Assembly: GCF_964355755.1 (NCBI RefSeq)
Contig: NC_092678.1
Coordinates: 10,042,352-10,106,351 of the forward strand
Direction of reading: 5' to 3'
Source of the DNA: Antedon mediterranea
Lineage: Eukaryota > Animalia > Echinodermata
Length of the DNA stretch: 64,000 nucleotides
Part shown: in pieces, positions 38,201-53,200 of the stretch
Numbering within the stretch: the first letter of the stretch is position 1
How the letters are laid out: each line of letters opens with the position of its first letter
Made by a program: the position numbers and the translations under genes
Notes under the pieces: model-generated
The model's database searches: none
Told to the model about the DNA's origin: nothing
Seen by the model: only the letters and a program-made list of their open reading frames with translations

Positions 38201-41200
38201 TGAAAAGTTTTAACGAAATGCTCAAAATGGTCTAAAACGGTTTCTAATGTGATTTTAAGCACTTTGATGTTTTTATGTAGCCAAGTTTTTTCGAAAATCA
38301 CAAAATGGTCAAAAACGTCTCCAAATGCGATTTGAAGCTTTTCTAAGCACTTTGGTTTTTTTATGTTAACAAGTTTTTTCGAAAATCACAAAATGGTCTA
38401 AAACGTCTTCAAATGCGATTTGAAGATATTCTGAGCACTTTGGTGTTTTTCTGTTAAAAAGTATTTTCGAAAATCACAAAATGGCCTAAAACGTCTCCAA
38501 ATGCGATTTGAAGCTATTCTGTACACTTTGATGTTTTGTGTGAAAAAGTTTTGTCAAAATGCTCAAAATGGTCTAAAACGTTTTTAAAACGATATTAAGC
38601 TATTTTGTGCTCTTTGATGTGTTTGTATAACCAAGTTTTTTCGAAAATCACAAAATGGTCTAAAACGTCTCCAAATGCGATTTGAAGCTTTTCCAAGCAC
38701 TTTGCTGTTTTTATGTTAACAATTTTTTTCGAAAATCATAAAATGGTCTAAAACGTCTCCAAATGCGATTTGAAGCTATTCTGTACACTTTGATGTTTTG
38801 TGTGAAAAGTTTTGTCGAAATGCTCAAAATGGTCTAAAACGTTTTTAAAACGATATTAAGCTATTTTGTGCTCTTTGATGTTTTTGTGTAACCAAGTTTC
38901 ATCGAAATGAGCAAAATGGTCTAAAACGTCTCCAAATGCGATTTGAAGCTTTTCTAAGCACTTTGGTGTTTTTATGTTAACAAGTTTTTTCGAAAATCAC
39001 AAAATGGTCTAAAACGTCTCCAAATGCGATTTGAAGATATTCTGAGCACTTTGCTGTTTTTATGTTAACAAGTTTTTTCGAAAATCACAAAATGGTCTAA
39101 AACGTCTCAAAATGCTATTTGAAGGTATTCTGAGCACTTTGGTGTTTTTGTGTGAAAAGTTTTAACGAAATGCTCAAAATGGTCTAAAACGGTTCTAATG
39201 TGATTTTAAGCACTTTGATGTTTTTGTATAACCAAGTTTCATCGAAATGCTCAAAATGGTCTAAAACGTTTTTAAAACGATATTAAGCTATTTTGTGCTC
39301 TTTGATGTTTTTGTGTAACGAAGTTTCATCGAAATGAACAAAATGGTCTAAAACGTCTCCAAATGCGATTTGAAGCTTTTCCAAGCACTTTGCTGTTTTT
39401 ATGTTAACAAGTTTTTTCGAAAATCACAAAATGGCCTAAAACGTCTCAAAATGCGATTTCAAGGTATTCTGAGCACTTTGGTGTTTTTGTGTGAAAGGTT
39501 TTAACGAAATGCTCAAAATGGTCTAAAACGGTTTCTAATGTGATTTAAAGCACTTTGATGTTTTTGTATAACCAAGTTTCATCGAAATGCACAAAATGGT
39601 CTAAAACGTCTCCAAATGCGATTTGAAGCTTTTCTAAGCACTTTGCTGTTTTTATGTTAACAAGTTTTTTCGAAAATCACAAAATGGTCTAAAACGTCTC
39701 CAAATGCGATTTGAAGATATTCTGAGCACTTTGGTGTTTTTATGTTAAAAAGTTTTTTCGAAAATCACAAAATGGTCTAAAACGTCTCCAAATGCGATTT
39801 GAAGATATTCTGAGCACTTTGGTGTTTTTATGTTAACAAGTTTTTTCGAAAATCACAAAATGGTCTAAAACGTCTCCAAATGCGATTTGAAGCTATTCTG
39901 TACACTTTGATGTTTTGTGTGAAAAAGTTTTGTCGAAATGCTCAAAATGGTCTAAAACGTTTTTAAAACGATATTAAGCTATTTTGTGCTCTTTGATGTT
40001 TTTCTGTAACCAAGTTTTATCGAAATGAACAAAATGGTCTAAAACGTCTCCAAATGCGATTTGAAGCTTTTCCAAGCACTTTGCTGTTTTTATGTTAACA
40101 AGTTTTTTCGAAAATCACAAAATGGTCTAAAACGTCTCAAAATGCGATTTGAAGGTATTCTGAGCACTTTGGTGTTTTTGTGTGAAAAGTTTTAACGAAA
40201 TGCTCAAAATTGTCTAAAACGGTTTCTAATGTGATTTTAAGCACTTTGATGTTTTTGTAAAACCAAGTTTCATCGAAATGAACAAAATGGTCTAAAATGT
40301 CTCCAAATGCGATTTGAAGCTTTTCCAAGCACTTTGCTGTTTTTATGTTAACAAGCTTTTTCGAAAATCACAAAATGGTCTAAAACGTCTCCAAATGCGA
40401 TTTGAAGATATTCTGAGCACTTTGGTGTTTTTATGTTAAAAAGTTTTTTCGAAAATCACAAAATGGTCTAAAACGTCTCCAAATGCGATTTGAAGATATT
40501 CTGAGCACTTTGGTGTTTTTATGTTAAAAAGTTTTTTCGAAAATCACAAAATGGTCTAAAACGTCTCCAAATGCGATTTGAAGCTATTCTGTACACTTTG
40601 ATGTTTTGTGTGAAAAAGTTTTGTCGAAATGCTCAAAATGGTTTAAAACGTTTTTAAAACGATATTAAGTTATTTTGTGCTCTTTGATGTTTTTGTGTAA
40701 CCAAGTTTCATCGAAATGAACAAAATGGTCTAAAACGTCTCCAAATGCGATTTGAAGCTTTTCCAAGCACTTTGCTGTTTTTATGTTAACAAGTTTTTTC
40801 GAAAATCACAAAATGGTGTAAAACGTCTCAAAATGCGATTTGAAGGTATTCTGAGCACTTTGGTGTTTTTGTGTGAAAAGTTTTAACGAAATGCTCAAAA
40901 TGGTCTAAAACGGTTCTAATGTGATTTTAAGCTATTCTAGACACTTTGATGTTTTGTGTGAAAAAGTTTTCTCGAAATGCTCAAAATGGTCTAAAACGTT
41001 TTCCAATACCATATTAAGCTATTTTGTGCAATTTGATGTTTTTGTGTAACCAAGTTTTTTGAAATGCGATTTGAAGATATTCTGAGGACTCTGGTGTTTT
41101 TATGTTAAAAAGTTTTTTCGAAAATCACAAAATGGTCTAAAACGTCTCCAAATGCGATTTGAAGATATTCTGAGCACTTTGGTGTTTTTATGTTAAAAAG

Positions 41201-44200
41201 TTTTTTCGAAAATCACAAAATGGTCTAAAACGTCTCCAAATGCGAGTTGAAGCTATTCTGTACACTTTGATGTTTTGTGTGAAAAAGTTTTGTCGAAATG
41301 CTCAAAATGGTCTAAAACGTTTTTAAAACGATATTAAGCTATTTTGTGCTCTTTGATGTTTTTGTGTAACCAAGTTTTTTCGAAAATCACAAAATGGTCT
41401 AAAACGTCTCCAAATGCGATTTGAAGCTTTTCTAAGCACTTTGGTGTTTTTATGTTAACAAGTTTTTTCGCAAATCACAAAATGGTCTAAAACGTCTCCA
41501 AATGCGATTTGAAGATATTCTGAGCACATTGGTGTTTTTATGTTAAAAAAGTTTTTTCGAAAATCACAAAATGGTCTAAAACGTTTCCAAATGCGATTTG
41601 AAGCTCTTCTGTACACTTTGATGTTTTGTGTGAAAAAGTTTTTTCGAAATGCTCAAAATGGTCTAAAACGTTTTTAAATACGATATTAAGCTGTTTTGTG
41701 CACTTTGATGGTTTGTGTGAAAAGTTTTAACGAAATGCTCAAAATGGTCAAAAACGGTTTCTAATGTGATTTTAAGCACTTTGATGTTTTTGTGTAACCA
41801 AGTTTTTTCGAAAATCACAAATTGGTCTAAAACGTCTCCAAATGCGATTTGAAGCTTTTCTAAACACTTTGGTGCTTTTATGTTAACAAGTTTTTTCGAA
41901 AATCACAAAATGGTCTAAAACGTCTCCAAATGCGATTTGAAGCTTTTCTAAACACTTTGGTGTTTTTATGTTAACAAGTTTTTTCGAAAATCACAAAATG
42001 GTCTAAAACGTCTTCAAATGCGATTTGAAGATATTCTGAGCACTTTGGTGTTTTTCTGTTAAAAAGTTTTTTCGAAAATCACAAAATGGTCTAAAACGTC
42101 TCCAAATGCGATTTGAAGCTCTTCTGTACACTTTGATGTTTTGTGTGAAAAAGTTTTCTCGAAATGCTCAAAATGGTCTAAAACGTTTTCCAATACCATA
42201 TTAAGCTATTTTGTGCAATTTGATGTTTTTATGTAACCAAGTTTTTTGAAATGCGATTTGAAGATATTCTGAGCACTTTGGTGTTTTTATGTTAAAAAGT
42301 TTTTTCGAAAATCACAAAATGGTCTAAAACGTCTCCAAATGCGATTTGAAGATATTCTGAGCACTTTGGTGTTTTTATGTTAAAAAGTTTTTTCGAAAAT
42401 CACAAAATGGTCTAAAACGTCTCCAAATGCGATTTGAAGCTATTCTGTACACTTTGATGTTTTGTGTGAAAAAGTTTTGTCGAAATGCTCAAAATGGTCT
42501 AAAACGTTTTTAAAACGATATTAAGCTATTTTGTGCTCTTTGATGTTTTTGTGTAACCAAGTTTTTTCGAAAATCACAAAATGGTCTAAAACGTCTCCAA
42601 ATGCGATTTGAAGCTTTTCTAAGCACTTTGGTGTTTTTATGTTAACAAGTTTTTTCGAAAATCACAAAATGGTCTAAAACGTCTCAAAATGCGATTTGAA
42701 GGTATTCTGAGCACTTTGGTGTTTTTGTGTGAAAAGTTTTAACGAAATGCTCAAAATGGTCTAAAACGGTTTCTAATGTGATTTTAAGCACTTTGATGTT
42801 TTTGTGTAACCAAGTTTTTTCGAAAATCACAAAATGGTCTAAAACGTCTCCAAATGCGATTTGAAGCTATTCTGTACACTTTGATGTTTTGTGTGAAAAA
42901 AGTTTTGTCGAAATGCTCAAAATGGTCTAAAACGTTTTTAAAACGATATTGAGCTATTTTGTGCTCTTTGATGTTTTTGTGTAACCAAGTTTTATCGAAA
43001 TGAACAAAATGGTCTAAAACGTCTCCAAATGCGATTTGAAGCTTTTCCAAGCACTTTGCTGTTTTTATATTAAGTTTTTTCGAAAATCACAAAATGGTCT
43101 AAAACGTCTCTAAATGCGATTTGAAGGTATTCTGAGCAATTTGGTGTTTTTGTGTGAAAAGTTTTAACGAAATGCTCAAAATTGTCTAAAACGGTTTCTA
43201 ATGTGATTTTAAGCACTTTGATGTTTTTGTAAAACCAAGTTTCATCGAAATGCACAAAATGGTCTAAAACGTCTCCAAATGCGATTTGAAGCTATTCTGT
43301 ACACTTTGATGTTTTGTGTGAAAAAAGTTTTGTCGAAATGCTCAAAATGGTCTAAAACGTTTTTAAAACGATATTAAGCTATTTTGTGCTCTTTGATGTT
43401 TTTGTGTAACCAAGTTTTATCGAAATGAACAAAATGGTCTAAAACGTCTCCAAATGCGATTTGAAGCTTTTCCAAGCACTTTGCTGTTTTTATGTTAACA
43501 GGTTTTTTCGAAAATCACAAAATGGTCTAAAACGTCTCAAAATGCGATTTGAAGGTATTCTGAGCACTTTGGTGTTTTTGTGTGAAAAGTTTTAACGAAA
43601 TGCTCAAAATTGTCTAAAACGGTTTCTAATGTGATTTTAAGCACTTTGATGTTTTTGTAAAACCAAGTTTCATCGAAATGCACAAAATGGTCTAAAATGT
43701 CTCCAAATGCGATTTGAAGCTTTTCCAAGCACTTTGCTGTTTTTATGTTAACAAGCTTTTTCGAAAATCACAAAAGGGTCTAAAACGTCTCCAAATGTGA
43801 TTTGAAGATATTCTGAGCACTTTGGTATTTTTATGTTAAAAAGTTTTTTCGAAAATCACAAAATGGTCTAAAACGTCTCCAAATGCGATTTGAAGATATT
43901 CTGAGCACTTTGGTGTTTTTATGTTAAAAAGTTTTTTCGAAAATCACAAAATGGTCTAAAACGTCTCCAAATGCGATTTGAAGCTATTCTGTACACTTTG
44001 ATGTTTTGTGTGAAAAAGTTTTGTCGAAATGCTCAAAATGGTTTAAAACGTTTTTAAAACGATATTAAGCTATTTTGTGCTCTTTGATGTTTTTGTATAA
44101 CCAAGTTTCATCGAAATGCACAAAATGGTCTAAAACGTCTCCAAATACGATTTGAAGCTTTTCCAAGCACTTTGCTGTTTTTATGTTAACAAGTTTTTTC

Positions 44201-47200
44201 GAAAATCACAAAATTGTCTAAAACGTCTCAAAATGCGATTTGAAGGTATTCTGAGCACTTTGGTGTTTTTGTGTGAAAAGTTTTAACGAAAAGCTCAAAA
44301 TGGTCTAAAACGGTTCTAATGTGATTTTAAGCACTTTGATGTTTTTGTACAACCAAGTTTCATCGAAATGCTCAAAATGGTCTAAAACGTTTTTAAAACG
44401 ATATTAAGCTATTTTGTGCTCTTTGATGTTTTTGTGTAACCAAGTTTTTTTCGAAAATCACAAAATGGTCTAAAACGTCTCCAAATGCGATTTGAAGCTT
44501 TTCTAAGCACTTTGGTGTTTTTATGTTAACAAGTTTTTTCGAAAATCGCAAAATGGTCTAAAACGTCTCAAAATGCGATTTGAAGGTATTCTGAGCACTT
44601 TGGTGTTTTTGTGTGAAAAGTTTTAACGAAATGCTCAAAATGGTCTAAAACGGTTTCTAATGTGATTTTAACCACTTTGATGTTTTTGTGTAACCAAGTT
44701 CTTTTCGAAAATCACAAAATGGTCTAAAACGTCTCCAAATGCGATTTGAAGCTTTTCTAAGCACTTTGGTGTTTTTATGTTAACAAGTTTTTTCGAAAAT
44801 CACAAAATGGTCTAAAACGTCTCAAAATGCGATTTGAAGGTATTCTGAGCACTTTGGTGTTTTTGTGTGAAAAGTTTTAACGAAATGCTCAAAATGGTCT
44901 AAAACGGTTTCTAATGTGATTTTAACCACTTTGATGTTTTTGTGTAACCAAGTTTTTTCGAAAATCACAAAATGGTCTAAAACGTCTCCAAATGCGATTT
45001 GAAGCTTTTCTAAGCACTTTGGTGTTTTTATGTTAACAAGTTTTTTCGAAAATCACAAAATGGTCTAAAACGTCTCCAAATGCGATTTGAAGCTATTCTG
45101 TACACTTTGATGTTTTGTGTGAAAAAAGTTTTGTCGAAATGCTCAAAATGGTCTAAAACGTTTTTAAAACGATATTAAGCTATTTTGTGCTCTTTGATGT
45201 TTTTGTGTAACCAAGTTTTATCGAAATGAACAAAATGTTCTAAAACGTCTCCAAATGCGATTTGAAGCTTTTCCAAGCACTTTGCTGTTTTTATGTTAAG
45301 TTTTTTCGAAAATCACAAATTGGTCTAAAACGTCTCTAAATGCGAGTTGAAGGTATTCTGAGCACTTTGGTGTTTTTGTGTGAAAAGTTTTAACGAAATG
45401 CTCAAAATTGTCTAAAACGGTTTCTAATGTGATTTTAAGCACTTTGATGTTTTTGTAAAACCAAGTTTCATCGAAATGCACAAAATGGTCTAAAACGTCT
45501 CCAAATGCGATTTGAAGCTTTTCCAAGCACTTTGCTGTTTTTATGTTAACAAGCTTTTTCGAAAATCACAAAATGGTCTAAAACGTCTCCAAATGCGATT
45601 TGAAGATATTCTGAGCACTTTGGTGTTTTTATGTTAAAAAGTTTTTTCGAAAATCACAAAATGGTCTAAAACGTCTCCAAATGCGATTTGAAGCTCTTCT
45701 GTACACTTTGATGTTTTGTGTGAATAAGTTTTGTCAAAATGCTCAAAATGGTCTAAAACGTTTTTAAAACGATATTAAGCTATTTTGTGCTCTTTGATGT
45801 TTTTGTATAACCAAGTTTTTTCGAAAATCACAAAATTGTCTAAAACGTCTCCAAATGCGATTTGAAGATATTCTGAGCACTTTGGTGTTTTTATGTTAAA
45901 AAGTTTTTTCGAAAATCACAAAATGGTCTAAAACGTCTCCAAATGCGATTTGAAGATATTCTGAGCACTTTGGTGTTTTGTGTGAAAAGTTTTGTCGAAA
46001 TGCTCAAAATGGTCTAAAACGTTTTTAAAACGATATTAAGCTATTTTGTGCTCTTTGATGTTTTTGTGTAACCAAGTTTCATCGAAATGAACAAAATGGT
46101 CTAAAACGTCTCCAAATGCGATTTGAAGCTTTTCTAAGCACTTTGGTGTTTTTATGTTAACAAGTTTTTTCGAAAATCACAAAATGGTCTAAAACGTCTC
46201 CAAATGCGATTTGAAGATATTCTGAGCACTTTGCTGTTTTTATGTTAACAAGTTTTTTCGAAAATCACAAAATGGTCTAAAACGTCTCAAAATGCTATTT
46301 GAAGGTATTCTGAGCACTTTGGTGTTTTTGTGTGAAAAGTTTTAACGAAATGCTCAAAATGGTCTAAAACGGTTCTAATGTGATTTTAAGCACTTTGATG
46401 TTTTTGTATAACCAAGTTTCATCGAAATGCTCAAAATGGTCTAAAACGTTTTTAAAACGATATTAAGCTATTTTGTGCTCTTTGATGTTTTTGTGTAATG
46501 AAGTTTCATCGAAATGAACAAAATGGTCTAAAACGTCTCCAAATGCGATTTGAAGCTTTTCCAAGCACTTTGCTGTTTTTATGTTAACAAGTTTTTTCGA
46601 AAATCACAAAATGGCCTAAAACGTCTCAAAATGCGATTTCAAGGTATTCTGAGCACTTTGGTGTTTTTGTGTGAAAGGTTTTAACGAAATGCTCAAAATG
46701 GTCTAAAACGGTTTCTAATGTGATTTTAAGCACTTTGATGTTTTTGTATAACCAAGTTTCATCGAAATGCACAAAATGGTCTAAAACGTCTCCAAATGCG
46801 ATTTGAAGCTTTTCTAAGCACTTTGCTGTTTTTATGTTAAAAAGTTTTTTCGAAAATCACAAAATGGTCTAAAACGTCTCCAAATGCGATTTGAAGATAT
46901 TCTGAGCACTTTGGTGTTTTTATGTTAAAAAGTTTTTTCGAAAATCACAAAATGGTCTAAAACGTCTCCAAATGCGATTTGAAGATATTCTGAGCACTTT
47001 GGTGTTTTTATGTTAAAAAGTTTTTTCGAAAATCACAAAATGGTCTAAAACGTCTCCAAATGCGATTTGAAGCTATTCTGTACACTTTGATGTTTTGTGT
47101 GAAAAAGTTTTGTCGAAATGCTCAAAATGGTCTAAAACGTTTTTAAAACGATATTAAGCTATTTTGTGCTCTTTGATGTTTTTGTGTAACCAAGTTTTAT

Positions 47201-50200
47201 CGAAATGAACAAAATGGTCTAAAACGTCTCCAAATGCGATTTGAAGCTTTTCTAAGCACTTTGCTGTTTTTATGTTAACAAGTTTTTTCGAAAATCACAA
47301 AATGGTCTAAAACGTCTCCAAATGGGATTTGAAGCTTTTCTAAGCACTTTGGTGTTTTTATGTTAACAAGTTTTTTCGAAAAACACAAAATGGTCTAAAA
47401 CGTCTCCAAATGCGATTTGAAGATATTCTGAGCACTTTGGTGTTTTTATGTTAAAAAGTATTTTCGAAAATCACAAAATGGTCTAAAACGTCTCCAAATG
47501 CGATTTGAAGCTCTTCTGTACACTTTGATGTTTTGTGTGAAAAAGTTTAGTCGAAATGCTCAAAATGGTCTAAAACGTTTTTAAAACGATATTAAGCTAT
47601 TTTGTGCTCTTTGATGTTTTTGTGTAACCAAGTTTCATCGAAAATCACAAAATGGTCTAAAACGTCTCCAAATGCGATTTGAAGCTTTTCCAAGCACTTT
47701 GCTGTTTTTATGTTAACAAGTTTTTTCGAAAATCACAAAATGGTCTAAAACGTCTCAAAATGCGATTTGAAGGTATTCTGAGCACTTTGGTGTTTTTGTG
47801 TGAAAAGTTTTAACGAAATGCTCAAAATTGTCTAAAACGGTTTCTAATGTGATTTTAAGCACTTTGATGTTTTTGTAAAACCAAGTTTCATCGAAATGAA
47901 CAAAATGGTCTAAAATGTCTCCAAATGCGATTTGAAGCTTTTCCAAGCACTTTGCTGTTTTTATGTTAACAAGCTTTTTCGAAAATCACAAAAGGGTCTA
48001 AAACGTCTCCAAATGTGATTTGAAGATATTCTGAGCACTTTGGTATTTTTATGTTAAAAAGTTTTTTCGAAAATCACAAAATGGTCTAAAACGTCTCCAA
48101 ATGCGATTTGAAGATATTCTGAGCACTTTGGTGTTTTTATGTTAAAAAGTTTTTTCGAAAATCACAAAATGGTCTAAAACGTCTCCAAATGCGATTTGAA
48201 GCTATTCTGTACACTTTGATGTTTTGTGTGAAAAAGTTTTGTCGAAATGCTCAAAATGGTTTAAAACGTTTTTAAAACGATATTAAGCTATTTTGTGCTC
48301 TTTGATGTTTTTGTATAACCAAGTTTCATCGAAATGCACAAAATGGTCTAAAACGTCTCCAAATACGATTTGAAGCTTTTCCAAGCACTTTGCTGTTTTT
48401 ATGTTAACAAGTTTTTTCGAAAATCACAAAATTGTCTAAAACGTCTCAAAATGCGATTTGAAGGTATTCTGAGCACTTTGGTGTTTTTGTGTGAAAAGTT
48501 TTAACGAAAAGCTCAAAATGGTCTAAAACGGTTCTAATGTGATTTTAAGCACTTTGATGTTTTTGTACAACCAAGTTTCATCGAAATGCTCAAAATGGTC
48601 TAAAACGTTTTTAAAACGATATTAAGCTATTTTGTGCTCTTTGATGTTTTTGTGTAACCAAGTTTTTTTCGAAAATCACAAAATGGTCTAAAACGTCTCC
48701 AAATGCGATTTGAAGCTTTTCTAAGCACTTTGGTGTTTTTATGTTAACAAGTTTTTTCGAAAATCGCAAAATGGTCTAAAACGTCTCAAAATGCGATTTG
48801 AAGGTATTCTGAGCACTTTGGTGTTTTTGTGTGAAAAGTTTTAACGAAATGCTCAAAATGGTCTAAAACGGTTTCTAATGTGATTTTAACCACTTTGATG
48901 TTTTTGTGTAACCAAGTTCTTTTCGAAAATCACAAAATGGTCTAAAACGTCTCCAAATGCGATTTGAAGCTTTTCTAAGCACTTTGGTGTTTTTATGTTA
49001 ACAAGTTTTTTCGAAAATCACAAAATGGTCTAAAACGTCTCAAAATGCGATTTGAAGGTATTCTGAGCACTTTGGTGTTTTTGTGTGAAAAGTTTTAACG
49101 AAATGCTCAAAATGGTCTAAAACGGTTTCTAATGTGATTTTAACCACTTTGATGTTTTTGTGTAACCAAGTTTTTTCGAAAATCACAAAATGGTCTAAAA
49201 CGTCTCCAAATGCGATTTGAAGCTTTTCTAAGCACTTTGGTGTTTTTATGTTAACAAGTTTTTTCGAAAATCACAAAATGGTCTAAAACGTCTCCAAATG
49301 CGATTTGAAGCTATTCTGTACACTTTGATGTTTTGTGTGAAAAAAGTTTTGTCGAAATGCTCAAAATGGTCTAAAACGTTTTTAAAACGATATTAAGCTA
49401 TTTTGTGCTCTTTGATGTTTTTGTGTAACCAAGTTTTATCGAAATGAACAAAATGTTCTAAAACGTCTCCAAATGCGATTTGAAGCTTTTCCAAGCACTT
49501 TGCTGTTTTTATGTTAAGTTTTTTCGAAAATCACAAATTGGTCTAAAACGTCTCTAAATGCGAGTTGAAGGTATTCTGAGCACTTTGGTGTTTTTGTGTG
49601 AAAAGTTTTAACGAAATGCTCAAAATTGTCTAAAACGGTTTCTAATGTGATTTTAAGCACTTTGATGTTTTTGTAAAACCAAGTTTCATCGAAATGCACA
49701 AAATGGTCTAAAACGTCTCCAAATGCGATTTGAAGCTTTTCCAAGCACTTTGCTGTTTTTATGTTAACAAGCTTTTTCGAAAATCACAAAATGGTCTAAA
49801 ACGTCTCCAAATGCGATTTGAAGATATTCTGAGCACTTTGGTGTTTTTATGTTAAAAAGTTTTTTCGAAAATCACAAAATGGTCTAAAACGTCTCCAAAT
49901 GCGATTTGAAGCTCTTCTGTACACTTTGATGTTTTGTGTGAATAAGTTTTGTCAAAATGCTCAAAATGGTCTAAAACGTTTTTAAAACGATATTAAGCTA
50001 TTTTGTGCTCTTTGATGTTTTTGTATAACCAAGTTTTTTCGAAAATCACAAAATTGTCTAAAACGTCTCCAAATGCGATTTGAAGATATTCTGAGCACTT
50101 TGGTGTTTTTATGTTAAAAAGTTTTTTCGAAAATCACAAAATGGTCTAAAACGTCTCCAAATGCGATTTGAAGATATTCTGAGCACTTTGGTGTTTTGTG

Positions 50201-53200
50201 TGAAAAGTTTTGTCGAAATGCTCAAAATGGTCTAAAACGTTTTTAAAACGATATTAAGCTATTTTGTGCTCTTTGATGTTTTTGTGTAACCAAGTTTCAT
50301 CGAAATGAACAAAATGGTCTAAAACGTCTCCAAATGCGATTTGAAGCTTTTCTAAGCACTTTGGTGTTTTTATGTTAACAAGTTTTTTCGAAAATCACAA
50401 AATGGTCTAAAACGTCTCCAAATGCGATTTGAAGATATTCTGAGCACTTTGCTGTTTTTATGTTAACAAGTTTTTTCGAAAATCACAAAATGGTCTAAAA
50501 CGTCTCAAAATGCTATTTGAAGGTATTCTGAGCACTTTGGTGTTTTTGTGTGAAAAGTTTTAACGAAATGCTCAAAATGGTCTAAAACGGTTCTAATGTG
50601 ATTTTAAGCACTTTGATGTTTTTGTATAACCAAGTTTCATCGAAATGCTCAAAATGGTCTAAAACGTTTTTAAAACGATATTAAGCTATTTTGTGCTCTT
50701 TGATGTTTTTGTGTAATGAAGTTTCATCGAAATGAACAAAATGGTCTAAAACGTCTCCAAATGCGATTTGAAGCTTTTCCAAGCACTTTGCTGTTTTTAT
50801 GTTAACAAGTTTTTTCGAAAATCACAAAATGGCCTAAAACGTCTCAAAATGCGATTTCAAGGTATTCTGAGCACTTTGGTGTTTTTGTGTGAAAGGTTTT
50901 AACGAAATGCTCAAAATGGTCTAAAACGGTTTCTAATGTGATTTTAAGCACTTTGATGTTTTTGTATAACCAAGTTTCATCGAAATGCACAAAATGGTCT
51001 AAAACGTCTCCAAATGCGATTTGAAGCTTTTCTAAGCACTTTGCTGTTTTTATGTTAAAAAGTTTTTTCGAAAATCACAAAATGGTCTAAAACGTCTCCA
51101 AATGCGATTTGAAGATATTCTGAGCACTTTGGTGTTTTTATGTTAAAAAGTTTTTTCGAAAATCACAAAATGGTCTAAAACGTCTCCAAATGCGATTTGA
51201 AGATATTCTGAGCACTTTGGTGTTTTTATGTTAAAAAGTTTTTTCGAAAATCACAAAATGGTCTAAAACGTCTCCAAATGCGATTTGAAGCTATTCTGTA
51301 CACTTTGATGTTTTGTGTGAAAAAGTTTTGTCGAAATGCTCAAAATGGTCTAAAACGTTTTTAAAACGATATTAAGCTATTTTGTGCTCTTTGATGTTTT
51401 TGTGTAACCAAGTTTTATCGAAATGAACAAAATGGTCTAAAACGTCTCCAAATGCGATTTGAAGCTTTTCTAAGCACTTTGCTGTTTTTATGTTAACAAG
51501 TTTTTTCGAAAATCACAAAATGGTCTAAAACGTCTCCAAATGGGATTTGAAGCTTTTCTAAGCACTTTGGTGTTTTTATGTTAACAAGTTTTTTCGAAAA
51601 ACACAAAATGGTCTAAAACGTCTCCAAATGCGATTTGAAGATATTCTGAGCACTTTGGTGTTTTTATGTTAAAAAGTATTTTCGAAAATCACAAAATGGT
51701 CTAAAACGTCTCCAAATGCGATTTGAAGCTCTTCTGTACACTTTGATGTTTTGTGTGAAAAAGTTTAGTCGAAATGCTCAAAATGGTCTAAAACGTTTTT
51801 AAAACGATATTAAGCTATTTTGTGCTCTTTGATGTTTTTGTGTAACCAAGTTTCATCGAAAATCACAAAATGGTCTAAAACGTCTCCAAATGCGATTTGA
51901 AGCTTTTCCAAGCACTTTGCTGTTTTTATGTTAACAAGTTTTTTCGAAAATCACAAAATGGTCTAAAACGTCTCAAAATGCGATTTGAAGGTATTCTGAG
52001 CACTTTGGTGTTTTTGTGTGAAAAGTTTTAACGAAATGCTCAAAATTGTCTAAAACGGTTTCTAATGTGATTTTAAGCACTTTGATGTTTTTGTAAAACC
52101 AAGTTTCATCGAAATGAACAAAATGGTCTAAAATGTCTCCAAATGCGATTTGAAGCTTTTCCAAGCACTTTGCTGTTTTTATGTTAACAAGCTTTTTCGA
52201 AAATCACAAAATGGTCTAAAACGTCTCCAAATGCGATTTGAAGATATTCTGAGCACTTTGGTGTTTTTATGTTAAAAAGTTTTTTCGAAAATCACAAAAT
52301 GGTCTAAAACGTCTCCAAATGCGATTTGAAGATATTCTAAGCACTTTGGTGTTTTTATGTTAACAAGTTTTTTCGAAAATCACAAAATGGTCTAAAACGT
52401 CTCCAAATGCGATTTGAAGATATTCTGAGCACTTTGGTGTTTTTCTGTTAAAAAGTATTTTCGAAAATCACAAAATGGTCTAAAACGTCTCCAAATGCAA
52501 TTTGAAGCTATTCTGTACACTTTGATGTTTTGTGTGAAAAAGTTTTGTCAAAAGGCTCAAAATGGTCTAAAACGTTTTTAAAACGATATTAAGCTATTTT
52601 GTGCTCTTTGATGTTTTTGTATAACCAAGTTTTTTCGAAAATCACAAAATGGTCTAAAACGTCTCCAAATGCGATTTGAAGCTTTTCTAAACACTTTGGT
52701 GTTTTTATGTTAACAAGTTTTTTCGAAAATCACAAAATGGTCTAAAACGTCTCCAAATGCGATTTGAAGCTATTCTGTACACTTTGATGTTTTGTGTGAA
52801 AAAGTTTTGTCGAAATGCTCAAAATGGTCTAAAACGTTTTTAAAACGATATTAAGCTATTTTGTGCTCTTTGATGTTTTTGTGTAACCAAGTTTCATCGA
52901 TATGAACAAAATGGTCTAAAACGTCTCCAAATGCGATTTGAAGCTTTTCCAAGCACTTTGCTGTTTTTATGTTAACAAGTTTTTTCGAAAATCACAAAAT
53001 TGTCTAAAACGTCTCAAAATGCGATTTGAAGGTATTCTGAGCACTTTGGTGTTTTTGTGTGAAAAGTTTTAACGAAAAGCTCAAAATGGTCTAAAACGGT
53101 TCTAATGTGATTTTAAGCACTTTGATGTTTTTGTACAACCAAGTTTCATCGAAATGCTCAAAATGGTCTAAAACGTTTTTAAAACGATATTAAGCTATTT

